From Squalus acanthias (taxonomy: Eukaryota), in assembly GCA_030390025.1 (NCBI GenBank), contig CM059431.1, positions 101,186,001 to 101,250,000 on the forward strand: a DNA stretch of 64,000 nt. Reading direction: 5' to 3'. Positions 1 through 10,651 of this stretch are shown here, one piece after another. The position numbers were made by a program, and so were the translations under genes. Under the pieces are notes generated by a model that did no database searches, was not told where the DNA came from, and saw only the letters and a program-made list of their open reading frames with translations. Position 1 is the first letter of the stretch. Each line of letters starts with the position of its first letter.

Positions 1-731
1 GAGTTCTGCCCACCGTTTTGGCCAATATTTATCCCACAATCAACATCACTAAAAAAAAAAATCATATTATCTGGTCATTATCACGTTGCTGTTTGTGGGA
101 GCTTGCTGTGTGCAAATTGGCTGCCGTGTTTCCTACATTACAACAGTGACTACACTTCAAAAGTACTTCATTGGCTGTAAAGTGCTTTGGGACATCTGGT
201 GGTCGTGAAAGGCGCTATATAACAGTCTTTCCTTGTTTTTCTTTTTTCAAGGCTACACAAAGCTCACACAGAACAGTGTGACGTTAAAATGTGTGCACCA
301 GACTATAGAAAACCATTCGCTTGTTTTCAATGTGAAACGTGACTGACAAGAGTTAGTGGTTAGCACGGTAACAAAGCTAGTTTTTGGCTGTACTGGTTCA
401 TGAATAATATTATTTCAGTGCTGGGTTCCAAATATTTTCAAAAAATCTGGTTCACGACAGAATGAAACGTAAGGAAAGTTGTTATTAGAATGAGTTCAAT
501 AGCTAGCTGGACCCTATTCCAATTGCAAATACACCCTGTATAATTAAACAATAATGTAGCTGCCACTTTATTGAAGCAGATAAAACATTACAAAATAATA
601 TTGTAGGACAGAGACTAGGAACCATAGGGGGATGGTGCTCAGGAACAGGTTACGAATGAAACAGTAATCAATCGGATGCTCCTTAAATTCCACTTGTTAA
701 TATTTGAAGCATAGGAAGACATAGAGCTGTA

Positions 732-853
732 CAATGTTCACCCAAATTCATTTTTGGGATGCGCAGCCCATTCGAAGTTTCATTTCAGATTGGAAAAGCC
801 GGTCCCGGGACCGCAAGACAGCTGCACGGCCGCACAGCTTAGAGGGAACACTG
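732..853. mobile_element. Small degenerate hAT MITE of the same TIR type
   Basis: caatgttc ... ttagagggaacactg; flanks gagctgta/gagctatg (6/8 match). Confidence 0.6.
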
Positions 854-1750
854 GAGCTATGGGAGGAAAGTGGGAATAGTCTTGGATTGCTCTAGGAGAG
901 AGCCAGCCCAGAAATGATGGGCCAAATAGCCTCCATCTGTCCTGTGAACTTCGATGGTTCCAACAGTTTACATGTGCGAAAGAAAGTTTTTTTTGGTGCA
1001 GAGTTCATCTTATTGCATCGATTTTTTTAAGTTACCACAGAAAGATGTCTGTGCAAAACTCGTTTCGGTCACTCGATACCGCCAGTATTAGCTGAGAATT
1101 TGAAAAGTGTTAACGGCATTTCATAGTAATGAAATGGAATTGCACAAACTTTAAAAAAGAAATATTTGTGAACAAGCTACATGTTGATAGTTAGACATTA
1201 AGAACTCAATTTGCACAACAAGCATCTTTTTCCCACCAAATATGCTTGCAGTATTTTAACACATGAATAGTATCCATAACTATGTAACTTATACAAGAGA
1301 TTTGCATTTGTCAGTTTCTCATGGTGACACACTGGTGTGCCTCAATGTGTGCGCTCCTCCAAGTCTGGCCTCTTGTGCACCCCTGATTTCCATCGCTCCA
1401 CCACTGGCGGCCGCGCCTTCAGCTGCCTGGGCCCTAAACTCTGGAATTCCCTCCCTAAACCTCTCCGCCTCCTTCTCCTCCTTTAAGATGCTCCTTAAAA
1501 CCTACCTCTTTGACCAACCTGTCCTAATATCTCTTTATATGGCTCGGTGTAAAATTTTGTTTGATAACGTTCATGTGAAGCGCCTTGGGACATTTTACTA
1601 TGTTAAAGGTGCTATATAAATGCAAATTATTGTCCCTTCCAAATTAGATGTACTATTGAAGCTGTAAAAAGGTACTGTTTTTAGAATGTATTTTTCAATA
1701 TCACCCTGCGAACAGGGTAAGGTAGTGTAATGGTTATGGTACTAGCTATT

Positions 1751-2020
1751 GGGCTCCAATTTTAACTCCAGCTGGGTTCCCCGCTCAGGCCTGAGTTAAA
1801 ATTACAGTTGGGTCTCAATTACGTCATCGGGCCGCAACTTGCACATGTAAAGAAGGACCCTGTTGGCTCCGGGCGTGTGTCCTTGCTGCCCGCTCAGGAG
1901 AGCAGGTTAAAATTGCAGATGTTGCGATCACGGCAGCTTTCGGACAGGGAAGAGCCAGGGCGATTTTAACCGCCCGCCCGCCAGGTTTCTGCTGAACGAG
2001 TAGGGTAAAAATCCGCCCCC
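1751..2020. mobile_element. Short Harbinger-like MITE inside a SINE
   Basis: gggctccaattttaac ... gtaaaaatccgcccc termini; internal ttaaaatt / attttaac subterminal motifs like those of 18730-22962. Confidence 0.55.
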
Positions 2021-3639
2021 CCCCCACCCCCCACCACGAGTTCAAATCTCACCATGACATGAATTCAATACATTTAGTAATTTGTGAGCAGGCTGCAGAA
2101 AAAAACTGATCATGAAACCCAACTGGTTCACAACGTCTTTCTGGGATGGGAACCTACCCAGTCTGCCCTACTTGTGACACCAGTTCACATAGGAACAGGT
2201 GGAGGCCATTCAGCCCCTCGAGGCTGTTGCGCGATTCAATGAGATCATGGCTGATCTGTATCTTAACTCCATCTATCCGCCTTGGTTCCGTAACCCTTAA
2301 TACCCTTGCCTAACAAAAATCTATCAATCTCAGTTTGGAAATTTTCAATTGACCCCCAGTCTCAACAGCATTTTGGGGGGGAGAGTTCCAGATTCCCACT
2401 ACCCATTGTGTGAAGAAATGCTTCCTGACATCACCCCTGTGGGACCTAGCTCGAATTTTAAGGCTATGCCCACTTGTTCACATTTTATGTGATTGACTCT
2501 TAATGTCCTCTGAAGCTGCTCAGCTGCAAAAACAAATTGCCCGAAGGCCCACCACCAGGTCTCGGGGCAATTAGAGATGTGCAATAAATCCGCCCCCCAC
2601 ACGAACAAATAATCAATAGAAACACAGGGGTCAACGAGACCACAAAGTGTAAAGGTGTGAAAACAACACTGAAATAAACCATCAAGTAGCCTGTCCAGTC
2701 TACATCAATGTTCAGTAAGAGCTACAATCGGGATTTTAGTCAGTAAGTAACTTAACCATACAAAGCTGTAGATTCTAAATTCGAGCCCAGGCTTGTGCTG
2801 AACTTGCTGATCCGAACCAAGGGGACAACAGGAGAAATACTATTTAATCGAGGTGTTCAAAATTATGAGGGGTTTTGATGGAGTAAATCGGGAGAAACTG
2901 TTTCCAGTGGCAGGAGGGTCGGTAACCAGAGGACACAGATTGAAGATAATTGGTACAAGAACCAGAGGGGAGATGAGGAGCAGCGAGTTGTTCTGGTCCG
3001 GAATGCACTGCCTGAAAGGGCGGTGGAAGCAGATTCAATTGTAACTTCAAAAGGGAATTGGATAAATACTTGAAAAGGAGAAATTTGCAGGGCTCTGGGG
3101 AAAGAGCAGGGGGAGTGGGACTAATTGGAGAGCTCGTTCAAAGAGCCGGCACAGGCACGATGGGCTGAATGAGCGAAAAGAGTTAAAATCGCCCCCTCCA
3201 GCTGCTTGTGAATTCTGCGAGCTCAGAGGTGTTTTAGAAACCAGTCCTTAGCATCTCTACCAGCCTAAATGTTAGCAAAGTAACAAGCATATTTTGCTTC
3301 TCTTTCTTCCTTAATATTTTTGGTTGAACCTGGTTTGTTTTTGTGCCTGAAATCTAGCCACAAAAGGCTAAAAAAAATAATTGAGAAACCTACTTGAAAG
3401 GCCAACAGTACGGGACACTACCAAGCGTAAGAGAGAAGATGGGTTAAATCAGGAAAAAGAATTCGGTGAAGCTAGGCTCAAGTTGTCGAAGTATGTTGGA
3501 GAACGGAAGTTACTGGGCTGTGGGACAGATGTGCCAGCATTCAGTGAGGAATGACCATGGATACAAACAATGGCTGAAAAATAGCGATCCTAAACAGAGC
3601 CTTCTTTCTGCACAATGCATTTTGATCACAGATACTATA

Positions 3640-4070
3640 TACTCTATGGGCCTATATACTCTCTGGAGTTTAGAAGAATGAGAGGTGATCTCAGTGAAAC
3701 AAACAAGATTCTGAGGGGGATTGACAGGGTAGATGCTGAGAGGTTGTTTCCCCTGGGCTGGAGAGTCTAGAACTCTAGGGGGCATAGACTCAGGATAAGG
3801 GGTAGGTCATTTAAGACCGAGCTGAGAAGGAATTTCTTCACTCAGAGGGTTGTGAATCTTTGGAATTCTCTGCCCCAGAGGGCTGTGAATGCAGAGTCAT
3901 TGAGTATATTCAAGGCTGAGATAGATAGATCTTTGGACTCTAGGGAATCAAGGGATGTGGGGATCGGGCGGGAAAGTGGAGTTGAGATCGAAGATCAGCC
4001 TTGATCTTACTGAGTGGCAGGGCAGGCTCGAGGGGCCGAGTGGCCTGCTGCTGCTCCTAATTTTTATGAA
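3640..4070 (+). mobile_element. CR1 3' fragment (another at about 2845-3170)
   Basis: ctatatactctctggagtttagaagaatgagaggtgatctc... through the gatcagcc...cctgctgctgctcctaa tail. Confidence 0.88.
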
Positions 4071-5613
4071 ATTTGTTTTCCTTTAATTTATTCCAAGAAT
4101 ATTATCCATGAAACATACATATCCCAATTTCTGTTTCAGACTGCGCTGGAGCAGGAGTCTAAGGGAAGCAATTTCTGCATCAGTCTTTGTTTAGAGCACA
4201 GACATGATGGCCCGAATGGCCTCCTTCTGTGCTATATATTTCTGTGATTCTATGATGCAACACAAAAAAGAAAAAAAAAAGATTTGCCTACTCCTGCTCC
4301 TAATTCTTATATGATTATTTTTTTTTGTCCCCATTGTGAATCTCACAGTATTACAGAATTATTACTTACTTTGAAAGCTGTGACAGCACAAATTGAACAA
4401 TATTCTTTGTGGACTTTTTGTAAAGTTTAATACATTTTATTGAAAATGCTTTCACTGTTTGGATAAACTCACAGTTGGTGTTTCCTCATATTTCTCTTGC
4501 TTTTGTTTTATCGAGAATTATTTTAAAAGATTTTTGTCTTCACGTAGAGTGTAGCAACGATTTAATTATGCGAGTCTTGTTGAACAACACATAATGCAAT
4601 GTGTGGATCCTGGGCCAATAAATTACTCTTGTGTAGAAAATGTTTCCAGTATATCAAGTGATTGGAATGCTCTTGTATGTTTGCCATATTACCCTGACTC
4701 GTAAACAGTTCCCACCATCAAAACAACGATTTCACTGGGAAATATTTCTCCCCCAGTCGGTACAAAGTGATGAAATGATTGATTGCACTGCTTTGTGCAT
4801 TTTACTTGTTAATGTTTTTTTGCCCCCCCCCCCCACCAGTGTTTGGTGGTTTCATTATCACATTAGTTATTGGCAGAACGACTGATGTTCCAAGTATTAA
4901 GTGAAACGTTCACATTTAGCATGCTGCTTTTCATGAGAAGATCAGTGGCCGTTTCGGAGGACTGAAATAGGGACAAATGTAATGCTCAAATGATCCGACA
5001 TTTTTTTCACTTTCTCAAGCCGTATGCCATTCAAAAATAAAACCTGTTCTGCAATTGGAAACATGGTGTTTGCGTTTTGCATGCAACTTTGTGCCAGTTA
5101 CGTTAGTGCACGAAATGTATTAGAGCTGCTGCAGCCGACACCATCCTTCCTGATGTTCGTTTCAGCACTGCACTGCTTTCTGCACCTTGATGTCAGGACC
5201 TGCATGCATACCCATGTTCCATTGTGCGTGCACACAAATCGGAGGATCATGCAATGCACCCCCTTCACCAGGCAGGCAGGAGCATCAATATAATGCTCAA
5301 ATGATGCAGAAGTAAAGTCCTAAGCTGCCTACGTCCTTTTCCAGCCTGTACACACTGCTTCCAAATTTGTGCAGACTCAGCATTGATGTTCACACTCGGT
5401 GCTGTACTTTTCTTTGCACGGATTCAGCACATAATTGAGGCTGGCACTGAGGTGCAGTACTCAGGGAGTGTTGCAATTTTGAAGGTTACTGTCTTTCGGA
5501 TGAGACATTAAATTGAGACCATTGTCTGCCTGATCGGGTCGATGTAGAAAAATACAGTAACTCTATTCGCAAAAGAGCTATGCTAGCAACATTTATCCCT
5601 CAACTAACACCAC

Positions 5614-5828
5614 TGACGTAATAAAGACTCACTACGCACTTGAACATAAAGCAAGGCTTTAATCAACTTGTAACAAAACATGGAGGTCTAGTTAGCAGTC
5701 ACTAGCTTCCTGTTTCCAGATTGTCTCTGCCCAAGGTGGGCCCATTCCTGAGTATTTATACTCCCTGGACGGCGCCCCAGCTGGCCACCCAGTAGTACTT
5801 CCTGAGTTGTTACTTGCGATTTATGACA
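5614..5828 (-). repeat. 3' LTR of the Gypsy element
   Basis: Direct repeat of 9867-10081; carries TATAAA (5760-5755) and ATTAAA on the minus strand. Confidence 0.97.
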
Positions 5829-5840
5829 TTCTTCCTCCCT
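5829..5840 (-). promoter_or_regulatory. Polypurine tract (plus-strand primer)
   Basis: AGGGAGGAAGAA on the minus strand, directly abutting the 3' LTR. Confidence 0.9.
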
Positions 5841-5866
5841 AAAAGGTTTGGAAGTCCAGTCTTCCT

Positions 5867-8800
5867 TTAACGGACTAGGCGGACCAGAAATAGCCGCAGA
5901 CGTTTAGCTCTCTGCTTGTGACTGGAAGGCACGTCTCCCCGGACCGTGTCCTGGTCCCTGGGTCGCTTGGCCCGTACCGGTAAGTCAGTAGAGTCCGCGT
6001 CATCTTGATCATCCTGTGGAGGACTGGGAATATCATGACTCCGGGTGCGGGTCCCCACAGGTGCTGAGCTGGCCTCATCCCGGGTCGTGGCTGGAGATTG
6101 TCCGGCGTCCTGGTTTCGGGTGGCCATCCTACGGGGAGCGTCCAGCTCCCTGAGTTGATCCGGTAGCATTGCCGGCAGATCCCCCGATGTCCCAGGCGGG
6201 GCGTCATTTTCATAGGGGTGCGGAGTGTTGATATCATTGTCGGGGGATCCTTCATCATTCGGGCCCGTGTGACCGGTTGGGCAGGGAGCCAGATCTCGGA
6301 GCGAGACGGTGGTCTCCCGGCCATCAGGGTACCGTACGTGCGCATACGTGGGGTTTACCTCCGTTAACTCCACCTCGTCAACGAGAGGGTCGTTTTTGGC
6401 AGACCGGACGAACCTCCGGAGTAGTACCGGGCCTGGAGCCACCAACCATGACGGTAGAGACGTCCCATGTGTAGAGCGACGCCGGAATTTGAAGAATCGC
6501 TCATGAGGCGTGACATTAGTAGATGTGGAGAGAAGAGACCTGATAGAGTGTAACGCGTCGGGGAGCACCGTTTCCCACTGCTGGTCCGGCAGGTTGCGTG
6601 ACCTTAGTGCCAGATGGACAGCGTTCCAGATGATGGCATTGTATCGTTCAACCTGTCCGTTACCAATTGGGTGATATGGTGTCGTCCTACTTGAGGCGAT
6701 TCCCCGTTGGGAGAGATAACTTTTAAGTTCACTCGACATAAAGGAGGGACCCCGATCAGTGTGGATAAAATTGGCCGTCCCGCAAAGGGAAAAGACCTGA
6801 TCGAGGCATTTAATTACCGTAGAGGTAAGCATATTAGGGCAGGGGAAGGCGAAGGGAAAGCGTGAATACTCGTCCACCATCGTAAGTAGGTAGGTGTTCC
6901 TTGTCGACGAAGGCAATGGCCCTTTAAAGTCTATGCTGAGCCTCTGCATAGGCTGCATTGCATGTATGAGTAAGCCATCTGATGGGCGAAAGAATTGTGG
7001 TTTCAATTCTGCACAAATCCTACAGGAGGAGCATGTTTTCTTTACGTCCTCGGTTGAAAATGGTAGATTTTTGGAGCGCACAAAGTGCAACATGCGGGTC
7101 ACACCAGGATAGCATAAGTCCATATGCAAATCCGCCAGAGTCGACGTTGACATTGAGGAGCAAAATGCCCGTGTGAAGGTATCTGGGGCCACGTTCTGTT
7201 TGCCGGGTCGGTAACAGATAGTATATCCAAAGGCAGCCAGCTCCATCCTCCAGAGTTGAATTTTATTATTTTTGATTTTCGTGCGCCTCCGGTTATCCAA
7301 CATGAAGGCCACAGAGCGCTGGTCAGTTATAAGCGTAAAATGACGCCGAGCAAGAAAATGACCCCATTGGCGTACAGCCTCGATGATGGCCGTAGCCTCC
7401 TTCTCGACGGGGGGGTAATGGAGCTCGCTACCCTGCAAGGTTCTGGATAGGAATGCCACGGGTCGGCCACCTTGATTCAAGGTAGCGGAGATCGCCACCT
7501 CCGATGCATCGCATTCGACCACAAAAGGAAGATTTTCGTCAATGGAGCGAAGCGTGGCTTTCTCCAGCTGTCGTTTGAGGAGGTTGAAGGCAGAAATAGC
7601 CGTAGCTTCCAATGGAAAAGACTTCGCATGGAGCAGGGGCTGTATTTTATCGGAGAAGTGTGGTATCCATTTTGCGTAATAAGCAAACATGCCAAGTGCC
7701 CGACGAAGAGAGCCGAGGTTTGTCGGGGGAGGGAGCTCCTGAAGTGGACGAAGTCGCTCTGGGTCCGGTTTAATAACACCGTTGCCCACCCAGTAGCCAA
7801 GAATGTTCACCGATGGCACCGACTTCACCGATTTGGATTCGTTTAACGTTAAGTGGCGACGGCGGAGTACGTCAAAAAATCTCTGAAGATTGGCGTCATG
7901 CTCCTTTTGATCATGGCCGGCAATAGTGATATTGTCTAAATACGGAAAGGTATCCGTCAAGTTCTCTTGCCGGACTAGGCCATCCATGGCCCGTTGGAAG
8001 ACGGCCACCCCATTGGTGACCCCGAATGGAAGGCAGCGAAACTGGAAAAGCCGACCATTGGCCTCAAAGGCCGTATACTTCTTGTCGGAGTCTTGCAGTG
8101 GCACCTGATGGTACGCGCTTTTTAAATCGAAGGTCGAGAATACCTTGTATTTGGCAAGGTTGTTGACCATGTCATCTATGCGTGGCAGCGGGTAGGCATC
8201 CAGATCGGTATATAGATTAATAGACTGCGAATAATCGATACACAGACGTTTTTTATGTTGTTTTAAGGGATTCCTCACGATGACGACCTGAGCCCGCCAG
8301 GGAGATGAACATGGCTCGATAATACCGTCGACTAAAAGGCGAGAGATTTCCGCCTCAATAAACGCTCGATCATCTTGGCTAAAGCGCCGCGATTTGGTGG
8401 CTATGGGTTTACAGCGGGGGGGAAGATTGGCAAACAGGGAGGGTTCACCGAGTAAGGCCGCCGAGAGTGCACAAAACGGCACCTTAGAAATGGTAAGCTC
8501 CGGCCTTGACCCTCCAAACTCAAAAGTGATCTTCTTGTGCTGCTTCTGGAAGTCCTGTCCCAGAAGCACATCGCTGCATAAGTTTGCGAGTACTCCGAGC
8601 CGGGTGGAGAGATACGTGCGGCCGTTGAGGATGAGGTTGACCAGACAGAAGCCAGAAGAATTGGTGGTCAGAGTCGTCAGAGCCATTGCAATCTCCCTGT
8701 CCGAGGGATAAATGTGCAGTTTTAACCTGTTGACAGCCCGCTTACGAATGAAGCTGTCAGAGCTGCAGGAGTCGATTAGCGCGCTTAGAGTGTGCCCATT

Positions 8801-9766
8801 TACTGAAACCTTCGTGGCTGCATGGGACAAACTTTGGGGAAAAACAGCCGTGATGGGAGGAGGGGCAATTTTCCCTTCGGCAACTGTAGCCTTAACAGTA
8901 GTTCTTGGGGGAGGAGCAGCTCCATAGATAGCAGCTGTGAAGCTAACAGGAGCTCTCGACCGGTATACTTTAGAGGAGCGGCCTTTCTTGTTAGCAAAGG
9001 CCCGTGACTGGCATACCTTGGAAAAGTGTCCTTTCTTGCTGCAATGATTGCAGGTCACATTACGAGCCGGGCAAAATTTTCTGTGATGGCATGCCCCTCC
9101 ACAAAAGAAACACTTTCTTCCTGATTGCCAGGATGCTGCTAGGGCGGGGTCGTCATCAGCGAAGGCCTCTAGGGTAGGGTCGTCGTCTGTTAGAGTAGAG
9201 TCAACATCAGTGGGGGCATCCGCCCGTGCACGTGGTGGGAGATAAGTGTCTGCATTTTTCTTGGCCAAGTCCAAGGAACACGCCTGGTCATAAGCAGCCC
9301 GTAAATTGAGGGTTTTATTTTCCAGCAGGCGCTGACGTATAAAAGGGGACGCGATTCCATTGATAAAGGAATCGCGGATTAGTTCCTCTTGATACTGTTC
9401 AGCTGAAACTGCTTTAAGGTTACAATCCTTGCTGAGCCTGCGAAGTTTCTGGAGAAATTCATCGAGTGATTCCCCAGGCTGCTGCCGAGTTGTGGCCAGT
9501 AGGTGTCGAGCAAAGATTTCATTTGGGGACTTGACATATAGCTGCTGTAAGATTTCGATAGCAGTGTCATAGTCTATACAGTCCTCAATATAATCATACA
9601 CATGAGGAGACACGTAGTTGATAAGCATTCGTAACTTATTAGGGACATCCGCCCCACATTCTTGAAGAAAGTTGCTAAAGGTACGAAACCAATGCTTCCA
9701 TACCTTTGCTGCCGCAGGTGCATTCGGGTCCAGGTCGAGACGAGCGGGTCTAAGGAGTTTTTCCAT
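5867..9766 (-). CDS. Gag-Pol polyprotein, 1299 aa (gag with tandem zinc knuckles, protease, RT, RNase H, integrase)
   Basis: Knuckles CFFCGGACHHRKFC and CNHCSKKGHFSKVC; protease LIDSCSSDSF; RT motifs RLCIDY, FDLKSAYHQ, LPFGV, YLDN; RNase H VECDAS...EKEA...TDQ; integrase SIDFKG / HTDRG / GQVER. PR-RT-RH-IN order is Gypsy type. Confidence 0.96.
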   Translation of the reverse strand: MEKLLRPARLDLDPNAPAAAKVWKHWFRTFSNFLQECGADVPNKLRMLINYVSPHVYDYIEDCIDYDTAIEILQQLYVKSPNEIFARHLLATTRQQPGESLDEFLQKLRRLSKDCNLKAVSAEQYQEELIRDSFINGIASPFIRQRLLENKTLNLRAAYDQACSLDLAKKNADTYLPPRARADAPTDVDSTLTDDDPTLEAFADDDPALAASWQSGRKCFFCGGACHHRKFCPARNVTCNHCSKKGHFSKVCQSRAFANKKGRSSKVYRSRAPVSFTAAIYGAAPPPRTTVKATVAEGKIAPPPITAVFPQSLSHAATKVSVNGHTLSALIDSCSSDSFIRKRAVNRLKLHIYPSDREIAMALTTLTTNSSGFCLVNLILNGRTYLSTRLGVLANLCSDVLLGQDFQKQHKKITFEFGGSRPELTISKVPFCALSAALLGEPSLFANLPPRCKPIATKSRRFSQDDRAFIEAEISRLLVDGIIEPCSSPWRAQVVIVRNPLKQHKKRLCIDYSQSINLYTDLDAYPLPRIDDMVNNLAKYKVFSTFDLKSAYHQVPLQDSDKKYTAFEANGRLFQFRCLPFGVTNGVAVFQRAMDGLVRQENLTDTFPYLDNITIAGHDQKEHDANLQRFFDVLRRRHLTLNESKSVKSVPSVNILGYWVGNGVIKPDPERLRPLQELPPPTNLGSLRRALGMFAYYAKWIPHFSDKIQPLLHAKSFPLEATAISAFNLLKRQLEKATLRSIDENLPFVVECDASEVAISATLNQGGRPVAFLSRTLQGSELHYPPVEKEATAIIEAVRQWGHFLARRHFTLITDQRSVAFMLDNRRRTKIKNNKIQLWRMELAAFGYTICYRPGKQNVAPDTFTRAFCSSMSTSTLADLHMDLCYPGVTRMLHFVRSKNLPFSTEDVKKTCSSCRICAELKPQFFRPSDGLLIHAMQPMQRLSIDFKGPLPSSTRNTYLLTMVDEYSRFPFAFPCPNMLTSTVIKCLDQVFSLCGTANFIHTDRGPSFMSSELKSYLSQRGIASSRTTPYHPIGNGQVERYNAIIWNAVHLALRSRNLPDQQWETVLPDALHSIRSLLSTSTNVTPHERFFKFRRRSTHGTSLPSWLVAPGPVLLRRFVRSAKNDPLVDEVELTEVNPTYAHVRYPDGRETTVSLRDLAPCPTGHTGPNDEGSPDNDINTPHPYENDAPPGTSGDLPAMLPDQLRELDAPRRMATRNQDAGQSPATTRDEASSAPVGTRTRSHDIPSPPQDDQDDADSTDLPVRAKRPRDQDTVRGDVPSSHKQRAKRLRLFLVRLVR

Positions 9767-9852
9767 GATGGATCAGTTTCTTGCCCAAGTTCCCTTCTGT
9801 GGTTCGAGTTGCAGCTGGTTGTTCCGAATCACCCAAAGCGTGGAGACGATAG

Positions 9853-9865
9853 CAAGTTGATTAAA
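9853..9865 (-). promoter_or_regulatory. Non-tRNA primer-binding site, complementary to the element's own LTR
   Basis: TTTAATCAACTTG one base inside the 5' LTR boundary; no TGG start; exact reverse complement of the LTR segment read 9923->9911. Confidence 0.75.
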
Positions 9866-9866
9866 T

Positions 9867-10081
9867 TGACGTAATAAAGACTCACTACGCACTTGAACAT
9901 AAAGCAAGGCTTTAATCAACTTGTAACAAAACATGGAGGTCTAGTTAGCAGTCACTAGCTTCCTGTTTCCAGATTGTCTCTGCCCAAGGTGGGCCCATTC
10001 CTGAGTATTTATTCTCCCTGGACGGCGCCCCAGCTGGCCACCCAGTAGTACTTCCTGAGTTGTTACTTGCGATTTATGACA
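9867..10081 (-). repeat. 5' LTR of the Gypsy element
   Basis: Direct repeat of 5614-5828; termini TGTCA...CGTCA on the minus strand. Confidence 0.97.
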
Positions 10082-10651
10082 ACCACCAAGACAGATTCAT
10101 TGATCATTTATCTCATCTGCGGCTTGTGGAAACCTTGCTCTGTGCAAATTGGCTGCCGTGTTTGCCCATACAACAGTGACCGCAGTAATTAATTGGCCTT
10201 GAAGCGCTGTGGGACATCCCAAGTCCATGAAAAGCGTCATATCAATGCAAATTCTTTTTTCTTGTCTTCTGGAGTTTCCCTTTGCTGAGATCAAGGCTCA
10301 CCACACTGTCTCCTAGTCTCACTCTTTCTCAGGATCTTAAATCTGTGACATTCCGTCCCTCCCTCAGTCCGCTCTTCCTTCTACAAGCTGCAGAACTCTA
10401 AAGGCCAAGCCTGGCATCATCTATTCAATATTGTCTGATTAAGCTCATCTGTCCTTTTATTTCGAAGTGAGCATTGACACCACTGTGTTAGCCAACGAGT
10501 TGGAGGCAGCGCGGGACTGAGGGCAGGACTCATCACAGAAAACAAAATCTATTTACTCAGCAAACAGTCTACAGAGTCTATTTAAAAAAAGAGTCTCTAC
10601 AAACTACAGCAAACAGAACTCATGACTGAAACTACAGCACTGTCTCCCGAT

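Larger units (their letters stand above)
5614..10081 (-). mobile_element. Full-length Ty3/Gypsy LTR retrotransposon (Mag-like gag), very recent insertion
   Basis: Two 215-bp TG...CA LTRs (5614-5828, 9867-10081) with one mismatch; 5-bp TSD ACCAC (5609-5613, 10082-10086); polypurine tract next to the 3' LTR; single gag-pol ORF; splits an old SINE. Confidence 0.98.
5440..10262 (+). mobile_element. Old SacSINE1/DeuSINE-like SINE split by the Gypsy element (halves about 5440-5613 and 10082-10262)
   Basis: Left half ends atttatccctcaactaacaccac; right half continues caagacagat...tgtgcaaattggctgccgtgttt...gaagcgctgtgggacatcc; matches intact copies at 29505 and 41570. Confidence 0.8.

Noticed and set aside
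5875..6345. Possible env or accessory ORF at the 3' end of the Gypsy element
   Set aside because: Alternative frame overlapping the integrase tail, with no signal peptide or transmembrane segment.
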